A stretch of DNA of 63,868 nt, counting the filler, from Octopus bimaculoides (taxonomy: Eukaryota), in assembly GCF_001194135.2 (NCBI RefSeq). It is 8 parts of 8 records of this genome, joined end to end, with 100 filler letters (N's around TTAATTAATTAA, not from the genome) between each part and the next. Parts side by side here need not be neighbours in the genome. Positions count along the whole stretch, not along the records: positions 1 to 11,957 come from NC_069010.1; positions 12,058 to 15,793 come from NC_068986.1; positions 15,894 to 36,082 come from NC_068982.1; 5 more parts are not named here. One strand, given 5' to 3'. Under the pieces are notes generated by a model, which was not told where the DNA came from, ran no database searches, and was given only the letters and a program-made list of their open reading frames with translations. The stretch's first letter is position 1; each line of letters begins with the position of its first letter. The position numbers and the translations under genes were made by a program. This document shows positions 11,227 to 25,615 of this stretch, piece after piece.

Positions 11227-11820
11227 CTGAGTTTGAAATACAAAAAAGACAGGAAGCTCAATTGCAATAGAATTTATATACATTTATACATACAACTCGA
11301 TTAATCACAGTCATGGTTGTGTGGTAAGAAGTTTGTTTCTCAACCACATGGTTCCAAGTTCAGTCCCACTGCTCGACATGTTGGGTAAGTGTCTGTCTTC
11401 CATGCTTGCATGGGTAGGACAGTTGTCAGGAGGCTACTGTTTCTGTTTTGGCAGGGTTTCTACGGCTGGATGTCCTTCCTAACACCAACCACTCTGCAGA
11501 GTGGACTCAGTGCATTTTACATAGCACCAGTGTAGGCAAGGTTAATCTTGGTATGATTTTTACAGCTGGATGCCCTTCCAAATGCCAACCACTTTACAAT
11601 GTGGACTGGATGCTTTTTATGTGACACCGCCATGAGTGCTTTTACACCACCATATATATGTATATTGTATCATTATCAGACACTATATATGTAATATAAC
11701 GGTGGTGCACCAGCATGACCGCAGCCACTTGGCTAAAACACATAAATAAATAAATAAATAAAAATATATATATAGGTAATCTTGAAGTGAAAGCATGTTA
11801 TAAAAATAAAACTACTGAAC

Positions 11821-11858
<38 letters not shown>

Positions 11859-12001
11859 TAATAATAATGATAATAATAATAAAAATAGGCACACAGAGCT
11901 GCGCTCGGTAGTGAAGTGAAAGCATGTTATAAAAATAAAACTACTGAACAATAATAANNNNNNNNNNNNNNNNNNNNNNNNNNNNNNNNNNNNNNNNNNN
12001 N

Positions 12002-12013
12002 TTAATTAATTAA
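12002..12013. other. Assembly spacer TTAATTAATTAA centred in a 100-bp gap (artefact)
   Basis: The same 12-mer sits inside N-runs at about 12002, 15838, 36127, 43626, 56789, 58999 and 61767, and has stop codons in all six frames. Confidence 0.9.
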
Positions 12014-12057
12014 NNNNNNNNNNNNNNNNNNNNNNNNNNNNNNNNNNNNNNNNNNNN

Positions 12058-12290
12058 GAGCTGGCAGAATCGTTAGCACGCCGGGCGAAATGCTTAACGG
12101 TATTTTGTCTGCCACTGCGTTCTGAGTTCAAATTCCGCCGAGGTCGACTTTACCTTTCATCCTTTCGGGGTCGATAAATTAAGTACCAGTTACGCACTGG
12201 GGTCGATATAATCGACTTAATCCGTTTGTCTGTCCTTGTTTGTCCTCTCTTTGTGTAGCCTCTTGTGGGCAGTAAAGAAATAGGTATTTC
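12058..12290 (+). mobile_element. tRNA-derived SINE with CTTTCATCCTTTCGGGGTCGATAAA central domain (representative copy)
   Basis: Family copies near 13291, 15425, 19431, 39497, 51520-52290, 62868, 63058 and 63770. The central domain is probably the shared Meta-type SINE domain (inference). Confidence 0.75.
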
Positions 12291-15200
12291 ATCTGTCTTT
12301 ACGTCCTGAGTTCAAATATGCAAGCTGAATGATAAATGGAAATGGTTGATACGTGGATGCTATGATCTTCTCCTGTGCGTTGCCTCCTGTCTGCTAGCTG
12401 GTGTGTGGTGTGAGAGAGCCAACTAGATCACGTCTTTGCTCTGCGACGTCAAGATGCCAAAAGAGGAAGAGGTGAATCTCTGAACCTTAATGTTGTGTGT
12501 GGCCCCCTTACTCTGATCTGCACGAACAGTGGCACGTCTGTGAAAGCCAATAAGATCTATTGGTTGGCTAATGCTTACCAACGCTGGACACAAAACACAA
12601 GTCAATTAACAAGGGAGTCGACTAGCGAGATTTTGCGTGATTAGCCTAATTAATTTTCGCCGTTGAAGTGAATATTTCTCAATGTTAAGTAAGGAAGAGT
12701 TCCAACACACGCTGATCCCAAATGCTGAAGTAATCTATACGTCAAACCCCATTGATTAGCACAGCATAAAACAAAGAAATCAACAGAAAGAAGCACCACC
12801 CTCCTCGGTTCATACGATATCTTTGTCGAGACATTGTGTCTGCTTGGATATCTGTTCTGCGCGAGAGGCAGACACTCCCTTATTACTTTGGCCATCAGTA
12901 ATGCAGTGAATCAGAAGTAACTCGTTGAAATTTTCTAAAACCATTGGCGCTGTTATTCACCATTTGCGATATAAAATAAAATTAAAATAACGTATAACTT
13001 ATTCGAACCGTCATACGGTTATATACATTTGTAAGCTAAAGATTCAGGAGCTTCATTATTGTTTGATACGAAGACCGTAAGTAGTAGGAGCTATATGTTT
13101 CTGAGCTAAACGCCTTCGTGTATTCAGTTAAGTTCTGACTTACATTCCTACCGATATCTGAGTTGCCTTTCAAATTTCCGAGATCAATAAAATATATCTC
13201 CATATTCTACATCGATAAACTCAGTCGACTATATCGACCCCTACCAATATGTGAGCTATTATATAAGAAATCGATATTGATACAAATTAAGGCAGCGAGC
13301 TGGCAGAATCGTCAGCCTGCCGGAAAGGATACTTAGTGGGTATTTCGTCCGTCTTTACGTTCTGAGTTCAAATTCCACTGAAAAGTTCCAGTTGAGCACT
13401 GGGGTCGATGTAATCGACTTAACATCTCCCCCAAGCTTGCTGGCCTTGTGCCAAAATTTGAAACCAATATTGATACAAATCTTTTCCTTAAGTGTTATGC
13501 AACCAGTTGGCAGAGTCATTAGTACGTTGGGTAGATTGCTTTAGAGATTAACGTTATTGCTCTCTATACTCTGAGTCCAAATCCCGTCGGCGCGAACTTT
13601 CTTCTTTTCGGGTCGATGAATAAATCCTATACTGAGGTAGATTTTTCTTTCTGTCTGACTTTCTTGTGGAAGAGTTCAGCTGTGGTCATACTTAGATAGG
13701 GATGGGACCCACCAGATTTTAAAGTCCTCGATACACCGTATCCTATTAAGGCACTCCTACGACTACATCAGAAAATTGAAGGGCAAACTTATTTACACAT
13801 ATAGTTACTGCTCGCATTTTTTTTCCAAACAATAGAGCGATCAGATTTCGAATTAAGTAATAGGTCATCAAAGATAAAACAAAATAACTGTTGGAGAATA
13901 TTTGATGGCTTTGGTATTCCTACGAGAAACTTTGGAAACTAAATACTAATCAGTACTTATTTACGTCAAGCCCATCGCTTCCTATAAAGTATAAACCACT
14001 GACGACTTTTCTCTGGACTGTCTTTGCTTTTCTCCAGTTGGATACCTCATTACTCTGCCTCCCTAAAGGAAGACCTTCCTCTCCAAAGTCTTTGTTGGTT
14101 TTGAATTGGAGGGAAGGACAAAACAGTATGGTTCAAATTCCTTGGTACTATATACACGACGGGCTTCTTTCACTTTCCGTTTACCAAATCCAATCACTTG
14201 GATTTGGTCGGCCAGACACTTGCCCAAGTTGTCATGCAGTGGGACTGAACCCGGAACCACATGGTTGAGAAGCAAACTTCTTACCACACAGCCACGCCTA
14301 TTTTATTTTATTTATTTTCGGGACCCCAGAGGAAGAGCGGAAATTATTCTCAGACTGGAAATCTGCTTACAACACAGTAGCTCCGTTAAATATAGTCAAA
14401 GCCCAGTTGATAATTAACCAGGCAACGAATTACAGATTAAATCAATGATTGTTTCGTATGAGACAAATAAGATCAGTTTTAAAATATGTTGTCTCTTAGA
14501 TTGCATTATTATCAGAATATTTATACGAGTTTGATGTCTATAAGGAGAATAATTCAGGTAATTTCACATCTCTATATAGAATCATTTTGGTTCAAACAGC
14601 CAATACTTTTGCGTGTATGAAAGTGATTTATTATTTTAAATATCACAAAATACAATATGCACTAATATTCTTAATAATACAGAGATCTGAAACAGCATTT
14701 TTCTTTTCTTTTCTGTTTTAGTACATTCAGTGTTGAAATTCTTTTTCAAAACATCCTTGACGTTATTTAGATATTTGTTTGATTGATATCATACCATCAA
14801 CAATATTCATGAATTAAGTAAACGAACCTAAGCAAAACATGACTTCTTTCCATTGTTTATGCATTTTTTTAAACTATTTTCATAACGAATAACTTTTTTG
14901 ACAGCTAATATTTAGTAGAATAAGTGAAATAAACTCGAGAGAATCTATTGTTTAGATTTTAGTCAAAATTCAACAAAACTCCACCCATCCCTCTCTTGCT
15001 TTCACAAACTCAAGCACTTTCAACTGAACCAAATAAATACAACAAACTATTTTATGACAGTCAATAATTGTATTAATTGATGCAGTCTGGCCGAACGGTA
15101 AAGAAGTTTACTTCGCAACAACGAGATCCCGGCTTCGATGGAACTGCGTAACATATTGGGAAAGATGTTTTCTACAGCATTTGTTTATCGTCGGTCAAGT

Positions 15201-15544
15201 GGATTGTACCTGTAATTCAAAAGATACGGTGCAGTCTTGTCATACCCTGTGCTATACTGATTCTACTAGGGAATTATGCTAAGACACAAGTCTCTGGGCT
15301 GATGAACCACTTACACATTAATTCAGAAGCTGGTAATTCAGTTGATCGAACATGCGAATCCTCACTGTCGAACGACGGAGAGACATTAAAGGGTGTTTTG
15401 AAGTATTCAATATATCTGGCCCAGGGTAAACTCAGAACGTAAAGAAATGCCGCTAAGCATTTTGTCCGGCGTGCTAACGATTCTGCCAGCTCGCCGCCTT
15501 CCTACACTCTAACATTAACAAATTTAAAATAGTTTTAAAACATA

Positions 15545-15712
15545 TAGGCGCAGGAGGCTGTGTGGTAAGTAGCTTGCTTACCAACCACATGGTTCTGGGT
15601 TCATTCCCACCGCGTGGCACCTTGGGCAAGTGTCTTCTACTATAGCCTCGGGCCGACCAAAGCCTTGTGAGTGGATTTGGTAAACGGAAACTGAAAGAAG
15701 TCCGTTGTATAT
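15545..15712 (+). mobile_element. CORE-like tRNA-derived SINE (OR2-like; representative copy)
   Basis: GTGTGGTAAG...GGTTC head plus CACCTTGGGCAAGTG. Copies near 11310, 14150, 23620, 25680, 32570, 41790, 47550, 50940 and 54300. Confidence 0.72.
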
Positions 15713-15893
15713 ATGTGTAGTGAAACTACCTATCGCCATTACATACAAACTATCTTCTCATTTATATATAAACAAGCGCGGGCGTAGTGGAAANNNNNNN
15801 NNNNNNNNNNNNNNNNNNNNNNNNNNNNNNNNNNNNNTTAATTAATTAANNNNNNNNNNNNNNNNNNNNNNNNNNNNNNNNNNNNNNNNNNNN

Positions 15894-15944
<51 letters not shown>

Positions 15945-16489
15945 CATCCGTCGTTTACTTGTTCGAAAATGGAGATGACCACGTTGTCAAAACGAATTTC
16001 TGTTCATGAGGGCAGCAACGGAATATCTCACTATTTAAGTTTAGGAAAACACCCGGATCTTGTGAATAAAATATTTGTAAAAAGCAATGACAAAAAAAGA
16101 AAAAATAATGAAAAAATAATGACAAAAAAATAAAAAATAAAGTGCTTAACAGTACAGGTGACTCATCACACTCAAATGGCTGGAGATGAAACGAATGGCC
16201 ACTCTATGACCGGCCATAACTTTTGACTTTCTAAGAAATATATTACTGCTCCTTTATGAAAAGAAACTACAAGTGTCGATGCTCTCAAACTGTATTCAGA
16301 ATAACATAATCAAACCTTTGCCTATTCCAGTTTTTATTCAAAATATGAATAGGAATACATTTTACGAAAGAAAGACAAAGAAAAAAAAAGGAGAAACAAA
16401 AGAAGGAAAAATATATGAATGCAGCACCAAGTGCTTCAATTGGTCGCACACCACAAGGTTCAACGGTACCCATTGAAGCAAGCCAACAC

Positions 16490-17520
16490 GATTGCAATAT
16501 TACGACGGGCGAGGTTAAGGCGTTGGAACAGCTAAGCAATCTCACGGACATCAAGTAAGACCTCAGTGAAGCGAGCTGCCAGCGATGACAAGAACGTCGC
16601 GGTTAATAGCCCAGTCTCTCCAAACGTCTCAGACGTCACAGGTTGGAAGAGAGAGTTCACTGCCAGGTCCCAATGCTTTAGGATTCTGTTCCGTTCGGCT
16701 ACGGAAGCAGTGACCTTCCCATTTACCGCAGCCTCCAGGGTGTGGGAGGGAGCAAAAGAGTCACAGTCAGTGGCGTCCGTGATGAAGCACCTACCCCTTA
16801 CCCAGGGACAGAGGCTAAAACCATCTGGTCTCTTCCAATCACTTCAGGATAATCCCCCCACCCGGCTCCAGAACTGAGGGGATATTAATCCGAGCCAGGG
16901 CCCGCTTAATAAGTTTAGCTCGGTGTGACGTGCGAAATGACCAGCATTTCAACGGCAAGGCAAACCGTGAAGACGTGTGAGATTGAGGGGCCTACCAAAG
17001 CGACAAGTCAGTCCCCTACAGAGGCCAGCTTCCAGTCGGAGTGCGATGGAGATGCAGAAATCATCAAGACTGAGTAGACCTCCAATATTGGCCACACACA
17101 GGGCATCAATCCAATCCCCAGAAAGTAGGCGACGCCTTGAAAATTAATTAGATTGATCAAGGAGAGAGTTGAAAGTGGCACCTGAGCGCAGATTGTCCCA
17201 TACTCTCTGCTTCCGTCTATCCTCAACTGTAACAGGAACTGACAAACCCATTTTCTCTCCACTGTGACAGAGCTTCGTCCATTTCCCTACTGGAACTAGA
17301 CCATGTTGGAAGCGAGATGTTGCCTACTAAAGGGGAGCAAGCGTGGATGGAGGAAAGAAAACAGACCTCCAAACTAGACTGGTCGCGAGACTCTGAGGAG
17401 AGTCTGATATTGACCAAGCATTCGAGTTTCCTGACGATTAGGTCGTCAAAGCATTGGAGAGATGACGGGAATCTACAAGAGAGACTAACTCTGAGAAAAT
17501 ACAATAACTTAGAAATCGAC
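16490..17520 (-). mobile_element. Degenerate CRE-clade non-LTR retrotransposon, 3' portion (zinc knuckle + restriction-like endonuclease)
   Basis: Frame-shifted translation HGLPCR*NAGHFARHTELN..IKRALARINIPSVLEPGG..KRPDGFSLCPW...FQPVTSETFG...LFQRLNLA matches the C-terminus of CRE-type RLE elements. Confidence 0.75.
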
Positions 17521-18069
17521 AAGTAATTCTTAAGTATCAAAATAACTTGGTAGGACTCAATGACCTCAAGATTTTTTTAAAGCTGTTCAAAGTTAGTGAT
17601 TTTGAAACGAAAGATGGACTCGAAAGCTCGGTTAGTAATTAAGGCAGCAAGAGAGCACCACGTTGATGGAGGAACCTCGACAGAGACGAAAGAATCTGTA
17701 AACAGGTTTACAGTCTGTTCATGTGAAGCTGGATGGTCGAGAAACCAGAGCTGGCATTTGAAACTGTTAACGATAAGGCCCTATATATATATATTTCTCC
17801 TTGTTTCTCTGCTTATTTCTTTCTGTGTTCCTTTCAGTTGAAGAGCGTAGCTCGAAACGTCAAAGATTTTCTCTATTCCCGAGCGTTATACTAATATATC
17901 CATTTGTTGTTTACACCACCTGTCTTCGTCTGTTGTCTTTTTCGTAAATTCTCCTATATATATATATATTATATTATTTATTATTTATTATTTATTTTAT
18001 ATATATATAATTATATATATACACGAGTGTGCGTGCGCGCAGGTGTGTGCGTGCGTGAGTGTGTGGGGG

Positions 18070-18400
18070 TTGTAAGATACTGGAGGGGCTGGTACCAAAC
18101 TTCGGAATTGAGAATAATACCAGGCCTCGAATTGTGCGTCACTGCACTGTTCCAAATGTCCCAGCTGTCCCACCTAAGGTGAGGATCATGTATTGCAATA
18201 ATTTGGGATTCAAGGGCTCACAGCTATTTAGCGCCTTACCAAAACATCTGATGGATCTCCAAGGGGTGGGGGTAGATGTTTTCAAGAAACAACTTGACCA
18301 CTTGCTGTCCAAGATCCCAGATGAACCAATATCCAGGCAGGAAACTCAAAAAAGGGCAGCAGTGTCGAACTCCCTCCTTCACCAAAAACCAATCACATAG
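18070..18400 (+). mobile_element. CR1/L2-group LINE 3' fragment
   Basis: GFKGSQLFSALPKHLMDLQGVGVDVFKKQLDHLLSKIPDEP is a typical post-RT C-terminus. Confidence 0.7.
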
Positions 18401-21334
18401 AATCGGCCAATTAAAGGGTGAATGCACTGGCCGTGCCCCAGCATGGCCATAGCCTTAGGGCTGAAACATATAACAGAATANNNNNNNNNNNNNNNNNNNN
18501 NNNNNNNNNNNNNNNNNNNNNNNNNNNNNNNNNNNNNNNNNNNNNNNNNNNNNNNNNNNNNNNNNNNNNNNNNNNNNNNNNNNNNNNNNNNNNNNNNNNN
18601 NNNNNNNNNNNNNNNNNNNNNNNNNNNNNNNNNNNNNNNNNNNNNNNNNNNNNNNNNNNNNNNNNNNNNNNNNNNNNNNNNNNNNNNNNNNNNNNNNNNN
18701 NNNNNNNNNNNNNNNNNNTTTGAAATTATTGTCGTAATGTGTAATTCCGTAACATGAAACACAAATGAAAATAGTTTTACGTCAGAAGGTTCCACTTCAC
18801 AGAAACATTTTCAGAAACAACTCTTCTGTCTGTTACACTGGAATGTCTGTACACGCTCGCGCGCGCACCTACCCACCCATCCACACATACACACATCTGT
18901 AAATCTATATCAGTGACTCGAGGTCCGAGAACTTCGTGCTCATCAAAACTTTCTGCTTACGGTCAGCCACCACTCTCCCCCGCTGACCCCCTCAACCACT
19001 CCACCGCTTCAAACATGGCTATAAACCTTGTTAATGCCTGACTCAAGATAAAATAGTCACCCTCCATCTTATATATTTTGCTATTCAAATCATTGTTTCT
19101 ATTTCTGTTTGGGAAAATCCGGTGAACTAACTTGTTGCTCCTTAACAACCGATGCAGTCAATGTTGCTCTTTGGTTTTGTCTCTGCTGATTACATAGAAA
19201 TCAATTAATCGATTGGGAATGCCCGGCCATTAATAACCTTTCTATTGGTGGAAGCTAAAATTATCTTAGGATCGATGAAAATATTTTCTAAAATGGTGTT
19301 CGAGTTAAAGCCAAAGAAACCAAAGAATTGGCAGACAACAAAATAAATATGGTGATCGGAATTTTCTGTATTCAATAGATCAATATACTTCAATATAGAT
19401 CAATATTGGTCGTAATATGTCAGATATTTCAGGCGGTAAGATGGCAGAATCGTTAGCATGCGGAGCAAAATGCTTAGCGGCATTTCGTCCGTTTTTGCGT
19501 CTCGAGTTCAAATACCACCGAGATCGATTTTGCTTTTCGGGGTCGGTAAATTAAGTACCAGCTGAGCATTGGTGTCGATGTAATCGATCTTCACCCTACC
19601 ACGAAATTACTGGCGTTGTGCTAAAATTTGAAACCTATATGTAGGATATTCGATTGAGCGTTTGAGGAAATCCACCGGAATGAAAGAAAATCAAGACAAG
19701 CGAGGTTATGTCCCTTGACGTTAGAGGAGGGAAACAAATGACCGAAATAAAGAGCAACTTTACATCCAGGTCTGTGGTCATTGTTATTTGATATTTGTTG
19801 TCTGTAATGGAATGTATATCGACCGGGCCACCAGATGCTGTTAGACATCGCTGGTCACAATGCGCTTCCATTCTTTTCCATTTTGACCGAAATTGCTTAA
19901 CTAAATCGTTTTCCGATCGTCATGGAAACCTTCCAAGTTGTCTTTTCAGATCTATTGGATGACACCCGGCAACGGCACCAAAATCTCACAGAAATCCTAT
20001 TTCTGTTATGTGTAGTAACTCCGTGCATTATTATTGCATTTCACTCCTCCACCAAAAGCTCAATCCTGATCGATCAGACGGAGACGAACGCGAAACGGAG
20101 CTGATGCTTTCAAAATAGAAAAAAAAAGATTGATTTGGTTGCCCGAAGTTGTCAAAAGAAAAAAGACAGAAAGAAAAGAATTTGAGTTTCAAAGACAACA
20201 ATATCTGAGATGAAAAACTGAGCAGTCATCAAATTAACAAATCTTCTCTCTCTCTCTCTCTCACCCACACACACACGCACGTGTGGATTACAGTGTAGTG
20301 ATTTAAGAGATATAAAATGTAACTCCAGTAATCTCTCATCTAACAGTGATTATATCTTCGTTTATCAAGTGACATAATAGCAGAACTGTCAATGCTCTGT
20401 CTTCTCAGGAACCATTCCAAGCAACAGAACCGGGGCTATCTCTAGGATTACAGTTACAAAATCCGTCAAACCCTTCCATAAAAGAATATGGGAGTAATTT
20501 ACTTTGATGAGGCTCAGTTGTTCGGTTTAGGGTCTTGTTCAGTTGTGCGCCGAGTGTCAAAGAAAATATTAGTGAAGCCCCGCGCAGAGGCGGGATGTAC
20601 GTGTAGAGTTAGCAGTAAGTGGACAGTGAATGAATGGTCGATGCAACGCTGAGGCCGCAGTCTAGCAAGCAGAGGGATTGTCCAACAATGGCAACAACAA
20701 CGGAGGGACACACACAACGGAGGGTTCCTTTAACACTAGGCTAAATAATCACAGTTCCACTTTTAGAAATCAAAAGAGGTGCAATGTTACAATATTAGCC
20801 AATTCTATATGGCGATTAAGAAGGAATGCCATACAAGATCTACTGGGAACTGCTGGAACAGCCTGGGGCACATGTGAATGTAGGTAGGTAATGTAAATTT
20901 CGATTAATCATGAAGGGAATAGTTCAAAAAATTCCACACGATTCAACTGCCTTCCCGAACTCGAAAAGCGAGATATTTGGTCGCTGCCCACACAATAAAA
21001 AATTCGTTTTGACAACATGCTTGTCTCCCTTTTCGAGTAAGTGGCTGGAAACTCTTCTTTTCGCCCCAGAAAATGTTATAACCTGTCATTACCTTTTTCT
21101 TTCCACTTTTTATCTCCACCAAGTGAGTCTGGACAGCGAAAAAGAGGCTGCGTGCTTCCAGTCAGGATGTCTGAAGAGTTGTGAATTTCTTCAAGTGAAA
21201 TAGTCTGTACGATGCCATCGCTATTATTCTGACCCATTTATATGGCATAACCAAGAATATAGTATTCGATAATATAAAGTATAACCGCTCAATTTCTTTT
21301 TTAGAATGTGCTTTTTATCTCTGACTTACGGACA

Positions 21335-21380
<46 letters not shown>

Positions 21381-22320
21381 NNNNNNNNNNNNNNNNNNNN
21401 NNNNNNNNNNNNNNNNNNNNNNNNNNNNNNNNNNNNNNNNNNNNNNNNNNNNNNNNNNNNNNNNNNNNNNNNNNNNNNNNNNNNNNNNNNNNNNNNNNNN
21501 NNNNNNNNNNNNNNNNNNNNNNNNNNNNNNNNNNNNNNNNNNNNNNNNNNNNNNNNNNNNNNNNNNNNNNNNNNNNNNNNNNNNNNNNNNNNNNNNNNNN
21601 NNNNNNNNNNNNNNNNNNNNNNNNNNNNNNNNNNNNNNNNNNNNNNNNNNNNNNNNNNNNNNNNNNNNNNNNNNNNNNNNNNNNNNNNNNNNNNNNNNNN
21701 NNNNNNNNNNNNNNNNNNNNNNNNNNNNNNNNNNNNNNNNNNNNNNNNNNNNNNNNNNNNNNNNNNNNNNNNNNNNNNNNNNNNNNNNNNNNNNNNNNNN
21801 NNNNNNNNNNNNNNNNNNNNNNNNNNNNNNNNNNNNNNNNNNNNNNNNNNNNNNNNNNNNNNNNNNNNNNNNNNNNNNNNNNNNNNNNNNNNNNNNNNNN
21901 NNNNNNNNNNNNNNNNNNNNNNNNNNNNNNNNNNNNNNNNNNNNNNNNNNNNNNNNNNNNNNNNNNNNNNNNNNNNNNNNNNNNNNNNNNNNNNNNNNNN
22001 NNNNNNNNNNNNNNNNNNNNNNNNNNNNNNNNNNNNNNNNNNNNNNNNNNNNNNNNNNNTGGCGCCGTTTATTAGAAGAAATCAAGCTTTTGGAGTGATA
22101 CCTTGAAATAGCCATTCGTTTTATTTTTGCTTACAACACACACACACGCACACACACTAACTGAGTATCTCGTTGTTACTCGGTAATTTTCACATTAGAA
22201 TGCCTTGGTGGACTTTTGGAACAGCACACCCACATAAGTCGAATTTTTTCCGACGGGAACTTTTCAATTTTTTTTTCCACCACACGCTTGCAAATGATAG
22301 ATACACACACATACACACAA

Positions 22321-22359
<39 letters not shown>

Positions 22360-23154
22360 AACACAAGCACGCACAGTACCGAAGTCCCGGACACCGACGG
22401 TTCGGAACCTCTTCTAATCCACTTTAATTTACACAAATGTACAGGTAAGTATGCTTCATTTAATTAAGCAAATTTGATGTTTGTTTAATTTAAGGGGTGT
22501 TGAGCACATTCCCTTCCCCTCCCGGTTCAGAAAAATCAGTATCACGGAAAGGGTTTTGAACTAAAGGCTCCGGAAAATCGATGTGTTACCTGTATATATA
22601 CAGACATATGTAAGACAATAATATTAAAAGTCTGCAACTGGATAAACTCGATATAACTTACCTTTCGTTCACAGCAGTCGAAGTCGGGACTTGTCGGTTC
22701 CACCACAATAAATCCGTCGATTGTCTGCTTGAGAGTGTGTGTGTGTGTGTGTGTGTGCGTGTGCGTGTGCGTGTGCGTGTGCGTGTGCGTGTGCGTGTGT
22801 GTGTGTGTGTGTATGTCNNNNNNNNNNNNNNNNNNNNNNNNNNNNNNNNNNNNNNNNNNNNNNNNNNNNNNNNNNNNNNNNNNNNNNNNNNNNNNNNNNN
22901 NNNNNNNNNNNNNNNNNNNNNNNNNNNNNNNNNNNNNNNNNNNNNNNNNNNNNNNNNNNNNNNNNNNNNNNNNNNNNNNNNNNNNNNNNNNNNNNNNNNN
23001 NNNNNNNNNNNNNNNNNNNNNNNNNNNNNNNNNNNNNNNNNNNNNNNNNNNNNNNNNNNNNNNNNNNNNNNNNNNNNNNNNNNNNNNNNNNNNNNNNNNN
23101 NNNNNNNNNNNNNNNNNNNNNNNNNNNNNNNNNNNNNNNNNNNNNNNNNNNNNN

Positions 23155-23194
<40 letters not shown>

Positions 23195-23315
23195 CACGCG
23201 CGCGTGCGCAAGCACACGCAAACATACATATGCGTTTGTGTGCGAGTGTGTGTGTATGTTATATTACATTGTATGCATAAACATATGTATACGTGTATAT
23301 ATATGTGTTTGTGTG

Positions 23316-23356
<41 letters not shown>

Positions 23357-24186
23357 GTATATATGTATGTATTACCTTTTCTTTAACCTTTTAACTTGTT
23401 TCATTCATTAGACTGTGGCCATGCTGGGGCACCTCCTCAAGAATTTTAATTGAATGAGTCAACGCCAAGACTCGTTTTTTTTTAAGCCTGGTATTTATTC
23501 TATTGGTCTCTTTTGTTGAACCTCTAAGTTACAGGGGCATAAACACAACAACCCGGGTTGTCAAACAGTGGTGGGGGACAAACACAAAACACAAAGACAC
23601 ACGCATGCAAAAATATATTTAGGGCTTCTTTCAGTTTCTATCTGCCAAGTTCCTTCCTAAGACTTTGGTCAGCCCATGGCTATAGTAGAAAACACTTGCT
23701 CAAGGTGCCACACAGTGGGACTGAACCCTGAACCCTGAACTATGCAGTTGGGAAGCAAACTTAACGACACAACCACATCTTGTCTTCTATCTTTTATTTG
23801 GTTTTGTCATTGAACTGTGGCCATGCTGGGGCACTTGCTTGACAGTTTTAGTCAAGCAAATCAACCCCAGAACTCATTCTTAAGACTAGTACTTATCTTA
23901 GTCTTTTTTGCTGAATCGTTAAATTACTGGGATGTCAACAAACCAACACCAGTTATCAAGTGATGCTGAGGTCAAATACAAGCACTTTGAATCAGATATC
24001 ACCAGAGAAGGGACAAGAGGGAGAGCTGTACAGAAAGCCAGAGCCCCTCTGAGAAGGGACTCTGCTACTATAAGCCTCTTTTGTAACCAGGGATTTCATG
24101 CCAAAATTTCTCCAAATTAGCCTAATAATGTGTGTGTGTGTATATATATGTGTGTGTATATATATGTGTGTGTGTGTGTATATATA

Positions 24187-24227
<41 letters not shown>

Positions 24228-24519
24228 AGATAGATAGATAGATAGATAGAGATATATAGCTATACATCATCATCATCATCATCAACATCATTGTCATTGT
24301 CATCATTTAACGTCCATTTTTCATGCTGGCAAGTGTTTAGACAGACTGATTAGAATTGGCAAGGCCAGTGGCAGCACCAGTTCCATTCGTCTCTTTTGGC
24401 TTGGTTTCTACAGCTGGATGCCCCTTTTTAATGCCAGCCAATTTACAAAATGTATTGGGTGCTTTTTATGTGGCACCTACTCCCACACCAATGCTTTTTA
24501 TGTGACACTTTGGTTTTAG

Positions 24520-24975
24520 GATTTCAATTCTGTTGTGGTGGGCAGATCTTCTTGCGTACAGCAATGCGCCACATGGCTCACTCCTCTCTTGTCTCCTTTA
24601 TAAGGCTCTTCCACAACTTCCCTCCAAATTAAGTGATTGACACTTCTTTATGCAACTGTCCTCATCCATCTGCATCACATGACCAAACCAGCACAGTCTC
24701 CCTTTCTTCCACACTGCATCGAATTCCTCTTATGCCTAACTTTCCCCTCAATACATCAGTGTTCTGTTGTACATTTTCGTTTACATTGCACATCCAGTGG
24801 AGCATACCAGCTTCATTTCTCTCAAGTTTTTGCATGTCCCCTGTATTCAGGGCCCATGTCTGACTATCCTGCACCATCACAACCTTCTCTTTACTTGCAA
24901 AGAAATACCTTTGGTTGCCAGTAAAGGTAAACCTTTTGATAAATAAGTCATGTCTCACTTCCAAACAGCAATGAG
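24520..24975 (-). mobile_element. RTE-clade LINE 3' fragment
   Basis: SQTWALNTGDMQKLERNEAGMLHWMCNV...LRGKLGIRGIRCSVEERE. Confidence 0.75.
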
Positions 24976-24980
24976 GGTAG

Positions 24981-25049
<69 letters not shown>

Positions 25050-25615
25050 NNNNNNNNNNNNNNNNNNNNNNNNNNNNNNNNNNNNNNNNNNNNNNNNNNN
25101 NNNNNNNNNNNNNNNNNNNNNNNNNNNNNNNNNNNNNNNNNNNNNNNNNNNNNNNNNNNNNNNNNNNNNNNNNNNNNNNNNNNNNNNNNNNNNNNNNNNN
25201 NNNNNNNNNNNNNNNNNNNNNNNNNNNNNNNNNNNNNNNNNNNNNNNNNNNNNNNNNNNNNNNNNNNNNNNNNNNNNNNNNNNNNNNNNNNNNNNNNNNN
25301 NNNNNNNNNNNNNAATACAAAAAAGGTGGGGATTTTTGTATGTATGATTGTGTATAGAGGAATATATTATTTTGCTTAAAAGAGTTCCAACACTGTCTGT
25401 TTTTTATGTTTTATTTATATTCCTGCAGAACTAATGTGGGGTATAGAATATGGAATATACAATATATAATATAGTATACAATATATAATATAAAATAAAA
25501 TAAAATAAAAATGGATGGCACCATGAAAGAAAGTATTGAATGTAGATGAAATATTGAGTGTTCAATATAAAGGATCAAATATATAAATATATAAATATAA
25601 ATATATATATATAAA

